Below, in pieces: positions 60,094 to 64,000 of a stretch of DNA of 64,000 nucleotides (within the stretch, counting starts at the first letter, position 1; each line of letters opens with the position of its first letter). The notes beneath the pieces were generated by a model. It made no database searches. It was not told the DNA's origin and was given only the letters and a program-made list of their open reading frames with translations. Both the position numbers and the translations under genes were made by a program. The stretch is from NCBI GenBank assembly GCA_035288225.1, contig DATEAT010000036.1:10612-74611 (forward strand), given 5' to 3'. Source of the stretch: Anaerolineales bacterium (GTDB lineage Bacteria > Chloroflexota > Anaerolineae > Anaerolineales > RBG-16-64-43).

Positions 60094-60611
60094 GCATCGG
60101 CCTCGTCTTCTGGTTCATGGTCTTGGTCTTCGCCCTAGTCGGTTCTCTACGCGGCTGGGCCAAGGAGCTGCTGGTGGCGTTCAGCTTGGTGCTGGCCTTG
60201 TTCGTGAACCTGCTGCTCGGGAAGTATGCCCAGAACCTCCTCGAGTCGCTGCGTCTAGTAGACCTCTTTTGGGTCAAGGCGGGCGTGTTTGGCGGGCTGG
60301 CGTACTTCGGCTATCTCACGCCACGCCTTCCGTGGCTGCCGGGCAATCGCTTCATTCGTGAACATATGCAAGATTGGCTTCTAGGCATGGTCATCGGAGC
60401 GGTGAACGGCGCGCTTCTCTTCGGAAGCCTGTGGCTCTTCCTGCATCAGGCAGGCTATCCCTTCGCCGGTATGGAATTCGCCCGGCAGACGGCGACCGAT
60501 CCGCAGGTGGTCGCGCTGATGCGCTACATGCCTCCCATGTTGCTGGGGGAGGCGTGGTTGCTGGTGGCGGTTGCCATTGCGTTCGTGTTCGTCATCGTAA
60601 TCTTCGTGTGA
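60090..60611 (+). CDS. CvpA-like four-TM membrane protein
   Basis: GSLRGWAKEL, DWLLGMVIGAVNG; ATGA overlap with murG. Confidence 0.7.
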   Translation: MSIGLVFWFMVLVFALVGSLRGWAKELLVAFSLVLALFVNLLLGKYAQNLLESLRLVDLFWVKAGVFGGLAYFGYLTPRLPWLPGNRFIREHMQDWLLGMVIGAVNGALLFGSLWLFLHQAGYPFAGMEFARQTATDPQVVALMRYMPPMLLGEAWLLVAVAIAFVFVIVIFV

Positions 60612-60615
60612 GGCG

Positions 60616-62043
60616 ATGCGATACCACTTCGTCGGCATCGGCGGTTCAGGGCTCTCGGCCATCGCGCGCGTGCTCATTGAGCGCGGGCACGCGGTGAGCG
60701 GATCGGACGAAAGCGACTCGCCCATGCTGCAGGTGTTGGCCGGGCTCGGCGCGCAAGTTTCGGTCGGTCACCTGGCCGAGCACGTGGCCGGTGCCGAGGC
60801 GCTGGTCATTTCTTCGGCCATCCGCAGCGACAACCCCGAGGTTGTGGCGGCCCTGCAGGCTGGGGTGCCGGTTTACAGGCGGTCGGAGTTCCTGGGTGAA
60901 CTCACCAAGGGTTACAAGACGATTGCCATAGCCGGAACGCATGGCAAGACGACCACTACCGGCCTCATCAGCTTCATCTTGGCGGAGGCGGGCCTGGCGC
61001 CCTCTTTTGTCGTGGGTGGCGTACTGCCGGACTTCGGCGGAGCGAATGCCCGCGCTGGGCAGGGCGAGTTCTTCGTCATCGAGGCCGACGAGTATGACCA
61101 CGCTTTCCTCGGACTGGTGCCGTGGCTGGAGGTCATCACCAACATCGAACACGACCACCCGGACTGCTTCCCCACGCTGGCCGACGTGCAGGCGGCTTTC
61201 AACGCGTTCCTCGCCCGGCTGGCGCCGATGGGCTGGGTGGTGGCGTGCGGCGACGCGAGCGGTGTGCTTGAGGCGGTGCGCCAGGCCGGCTCACGCAGAG
61301 TCCAGGTTTACGGCGTGGATGCGCCCGAGGCCGACTGGACCGCCGCTCACTGGGAGCGCTCGGCCGAAGGTGGCAGCGAGTTCGTCGTGCTGCGCCGTCC
61401 GGCGCGTGGCGCGGAGGCACGCGCTGTCGGGCGGGCGGTGACCCGCCTGCCGGGCCTGCACAACATTCGCAACGCGCTGGCGGCGCTGTGTGTCGCCGAC
61501 CTGTGTGGGGTGGAGTTTGCGGTGGCCGCCGGTGCGCTGGCCAAGTTCAGCGGCGCCGGACGGCGCTTCGAAGTGCGCGCCGAAGCACGCGGAGTCGTAT
61601 TCGTCGACGACTACGCTCACCATCCAAGCGAAATCCGCGCCACGCTGGCGGCCGCCCACGACCGTTTTCCAGGGCGTTCGGTGTGGGCGGTCTGGCAGCC
61701 GCACACCTTTTCGCGAACGCGTACGCTGCAGTCCGAGTTTGCGGAATCATTCGAAGACGCCGATCACGTCCTGGTACTGCCGGTGTACCGCTCCCGCGAA
61801 GATGACGACCCCAGCTTCTCGGCGCGGACGGTGGTGCAGGCGATGCAACACCGGGACGCCCGCTATCACGAGGGTGAGTCGGATGCAGTGGAGGACCTGC
61901 TGCAGCGACTCGGTCAGCACGAGGTGCTGATCACTCTGAGTGCCGGCGACGGGAACCGGGTGGGCGAGCGGGTTATGCAGCACCTGTCGCATGCCGCTCA
62001 CAGCGAAAACTCGCGCGCGGATCGGGCCGGGGGGCGAGCGTGA
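60616..62043 (+). CDS. murC: UDP-MurNAc--L-Ala ligase
   Basis: HFVGIGGSGLS, GTHGKTTT, EADE, DDYAHHP, QPH. Confidence 0.97.
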   Translation: MRYHFVGIGGSGLSAIARVLIERGHAVSGSDESDSPMLQVLAGLGAQVSVGHLAEHVAGAEALVISSAIRSDNPEVVAALQAGVPVYRRSEFLGELTKGYKTIAIAGTHGKTTTTGLISFILAEAGLAPSFVVGGVLPDFGGANARAGQGEFFVIEADEYDHAFLGLVPWLEVITNIEHDHPDCFPTLADVQAAFNAFLARLAPMGWVVACGDASGVLEAVRQAGSRRVQVYGVDAPEADWTAAHWERSAEGGSEFVVLRRPARGAEARAVGRAVTRLPGLHNIRNALAALCVADLCGVEFAVAAGALAKFSGAGRRFEVRAEARGVVFVDDYAHHPSEIRATLAAAHDRFPGRSVWAVWQPHTFSRTRTLQSEFAESFEDADHVLVLPVYRSREDDDPSFSARTVVQAMQHRDARYHEGESDAVEDLLQRLGQHEVLITLSAGDGNRVGERVMQHLSHAAHSENSRADRAGGRA

Positions 62044-63023
62044 GCAGCGAGCGCCAGACCCGGCTGCAGGCGCTTTTCGGGGAGAAGCTCCAATCGGGAG
62101 TGGCACTTGCACGATATGCCTCGGCCCGCATCGGCGGTCCGGCCGATGGCTTGCTCATTGCCCGGTCGGCGGACGATCTGGCGGACATCGTGACCCGGCT
62201 GTGGGTGGCCGAGCTGCCCTTCATCATGCTGGGAGCCGGGTCGAATGTGCTCATCTCGGACCGCGGGTGCCGGGAGGTCGTCATTCTCAATCACGCCAAG
62301 CGGGTCGAATTCCGGCCATTGGCCGACGACAGCACGCGCTGCACGTTGTGGGCGGAATCGGGCGCTTCACTCGGCGGCATTGCGCGAGCCGCAGCTCAGA
62401 AGGGCTGGAGCGGGATTGAGTGGGCAGCCACCGTTCCGGGGACTGTGGGTGGGGCGGTGGTCGGCAATGCGGGTGCGTTTGGCGGGGATATGAGCACTTC
62501 CCTTCATATGGCCACTATCTTGCAACGTGGAAATCAGCAGGTGGCGCCGAATTCCACCGCTCTTGTAGCCAGGGTCACGGCCAAAGACCTGGGCTACAGC
62601 TATCGTTCGAGCACGTTGAAGCGCGAACGCGGATCGGGTGTCGTGCTTTCGGCGGAGTTTCTCGTAGCATCCTGTCCGCCGGCCGATGCGCTTGCGCGAG
62701 TGGAAGCGCTGAATGCCAAGCGCCGCGAGACCCAGCCCCCGGGCGCCAGCATGGGCTCAATGTTCAAGAACCCGCCCGATGATTATGCCGGGAGGCTCAT
62801 TGAAGCGGCGGGGCTGAAGGGCAAGCGAATGGGGGAGGCGGAGATATCGACGGTGCATGCCAACTTTTTCGTCAACACCGGACAGGCCAAGGCGGCCGAT
62901 GTCAAAGCGTTGATGGACCTGGCCCGCTCGACCGTGCAAGATAAGTTCGGCGTGATGCTCGAACCCGAAATTGAACTGATCGGCGAATGGGGAGACCTGG
63001 CAGTTGGAGCGCAGCATGCCTAA
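62040..63023 (+). CDS. murB: UDP-GlcNAc-enolpyruvate reductase
   Basis: [40 protein letters not shown]. Confidence 0.96.
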   Translation: MSSERQTRLQALFGEKLQSGVALARYASARIGGPADGLLIARSADDLADIVTRLWVAELPFIMLGAGSNVLISDRGCREVVILNHAKRVEFRPLADDSTRCTLWAESGASLGGIARAAAQKGWSGIEWAATVPGTVGGAVVGNAGAFGGDMSTSLHMATILQRGNQQVAPNSTALVARVTAKDLGYSYRSSTLKRERGSGVVLSAEFLVASCPPADALARVEALNAKRRETQPPGASMGSMFKNPPDDYAGRLIEAAGLKGKRMGEAEISTVHANFFVNTGQAKAADVKALMDLARSTVQDKFGVMLEPEIELIGEWGDLAVGAQHA

Positions 63024-64000
63024 GGTGCGTGTGGGAGTGATGTTCGGCGGGCGGTCCGGGGAGCATGAAGTCTCCCTGATGTCGGCCGCCTCGATCCTTT
63101 CCCGGCTCGATCGCGGCAAGTACGACATTGTCGAAATCGGGATAACGCATCAGGGGCAGTGGATCGTCGGCGAGGGAGTGCTCGAGCTGCTCAAGCAGCG
63201 CGCTTCGGGCGGGCGCAGGGCAGTGTTTTTCCCCGAACCGGGATCGAGCGGCCTGTGGGGGTACGAGGCGGCCGGAGACCCGAAGGAAATAGTGCTGCAT
63301 CTGGCCGATCGGATCGACATTCTCTTCCCCATCCTCCACGGGACATTTGGCGAGGATGGCACCTTGCAGGGGTTGCTCGAGATGGCAGAGATGCCTTACG
63401 TTGGCGCAGGTGTGCTGGCTTCATCGGTTGCAATGGACAAGGGGCTGTTCAAGGACCTGATGCGGGCCTGTAGCATCCCGGTGCCGGAATATGCGCTGGT
63501 CTTGCGGCGCGACATCGAACGAGACATGGAAGGTGTCGTGCGCAAAGCCGAGGCCGTTTCGTCCTATCCGCTCTTCACCAAACCGGCCAACCTCGGCTCG
63601 TCGGTGGGTGTTTCCCGCTGCGCCAATCGCTCCGATCTGAGCGAGGGATTGCTCGACGCCGCACGCTACGACCGGCGCGTGCTCATCGAGCGCGGGATCA
63701 ATGCCCGCGAAATCGAGGTCAGCGTGCTTGGCAACGACGACCCGCGGGCCTCGCTGCCGGGCGAAGTAATCCCCAGCCGGGATTTCTACTCGTATGAGTC
63801 GAAGTACATCGACGACAGCTCACGGTTGATCATCCCGGCCCCCCTCGCGCCTGAGAAGACCCGCGAGGCACAAGAACTGGCGGTGCGTGTCTGCAAGGCG
63901 ATCGACTGCGCAGGCATGGCCCGGGTCGATTTCCTGCTCGACCGAGAGTCGCAGGCGTTGTGGGTCAACGAAGCCAACACGCTGCCTGGGTTTACCCAGA
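63016..64000 (+). CDS. ddl: D-alanine--D-alanine ligase (runs off the window edge)
   Basis: Manual translation: [67 protein letters not shown]. Confidence 0.96.
   Translation, partial: MPKVRVGVMFGGRSGEHEVSLMSAASILSRLDRGKYDIVEIGITHQGQWIVGEGVLELLKQRASGGRRAVFFPEPGSSGLWGYEAAGDPKEIVLHLADRIDILFPILHGTFGEDGTLQGLLEMAEMPYVGAGVLASSVAMDKGLFKDLMRACSIPVPEYALVLRRDIERDMEGVVRKAEAVSSYPLFTKPANLGSSVGVSRCANRSDLSEGLLDAARYDRRVLIERGINAREIEVSVLGNDDPRASLPGEVIPSRDFYSYESKYIDDSSRLIIPAPLAPEKTREAQELAVRVCKAIDCAGMARVDFLLDRESQALWVNEANTLPGFTQ

Overview
High-GC bacterial core-genome window, most likely Chloroflexota/Anaerolineae (inferred from gene content and protein style, not from a search). It is densely coding. I saw no tRNA, rRNA, CRISPR array or mobile element. 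In order it holds: partial mdh; exonuclease-DinG followed by redox genes; an orphan OSBS/NSAR; a tightly coupled 10-gene minus-strand run (Ser/Thr kinase with PQQ-type repeats, PP2C, vWA, Zn-ribbon-FHA, 80-aa unknown, orphan response regulator, MglA-like GTPase, UbiA-family phosphoribosyltransferase, mevalonate kinase, DedA); mfd-pth; hemW; fni with an archaeal-type prenyl synthase; acpP; tandem-domain thyX; the nusA-ylxR-infB-rbfA-nrnA-truB-ribF operon; trxA; scpA-mutL; asp23-fakA-degV-degV-recG-coaD; rpmB; three tandem LysM/M23A (LasA-like) lipoproteins; RNase P RNA; and the dcw cluster from mraZ to a partial ddl, lacking murE and with two extra genes. The best candidates for undescribed biology are the kinase/phosphatase/vWA/FHA/GTPase operon coupled to polyprenyl-lipid genes, and the triplicated lipid-anchored LysM-M23A peptidases. 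All calls come from motif recognition by eye; no searches were run.
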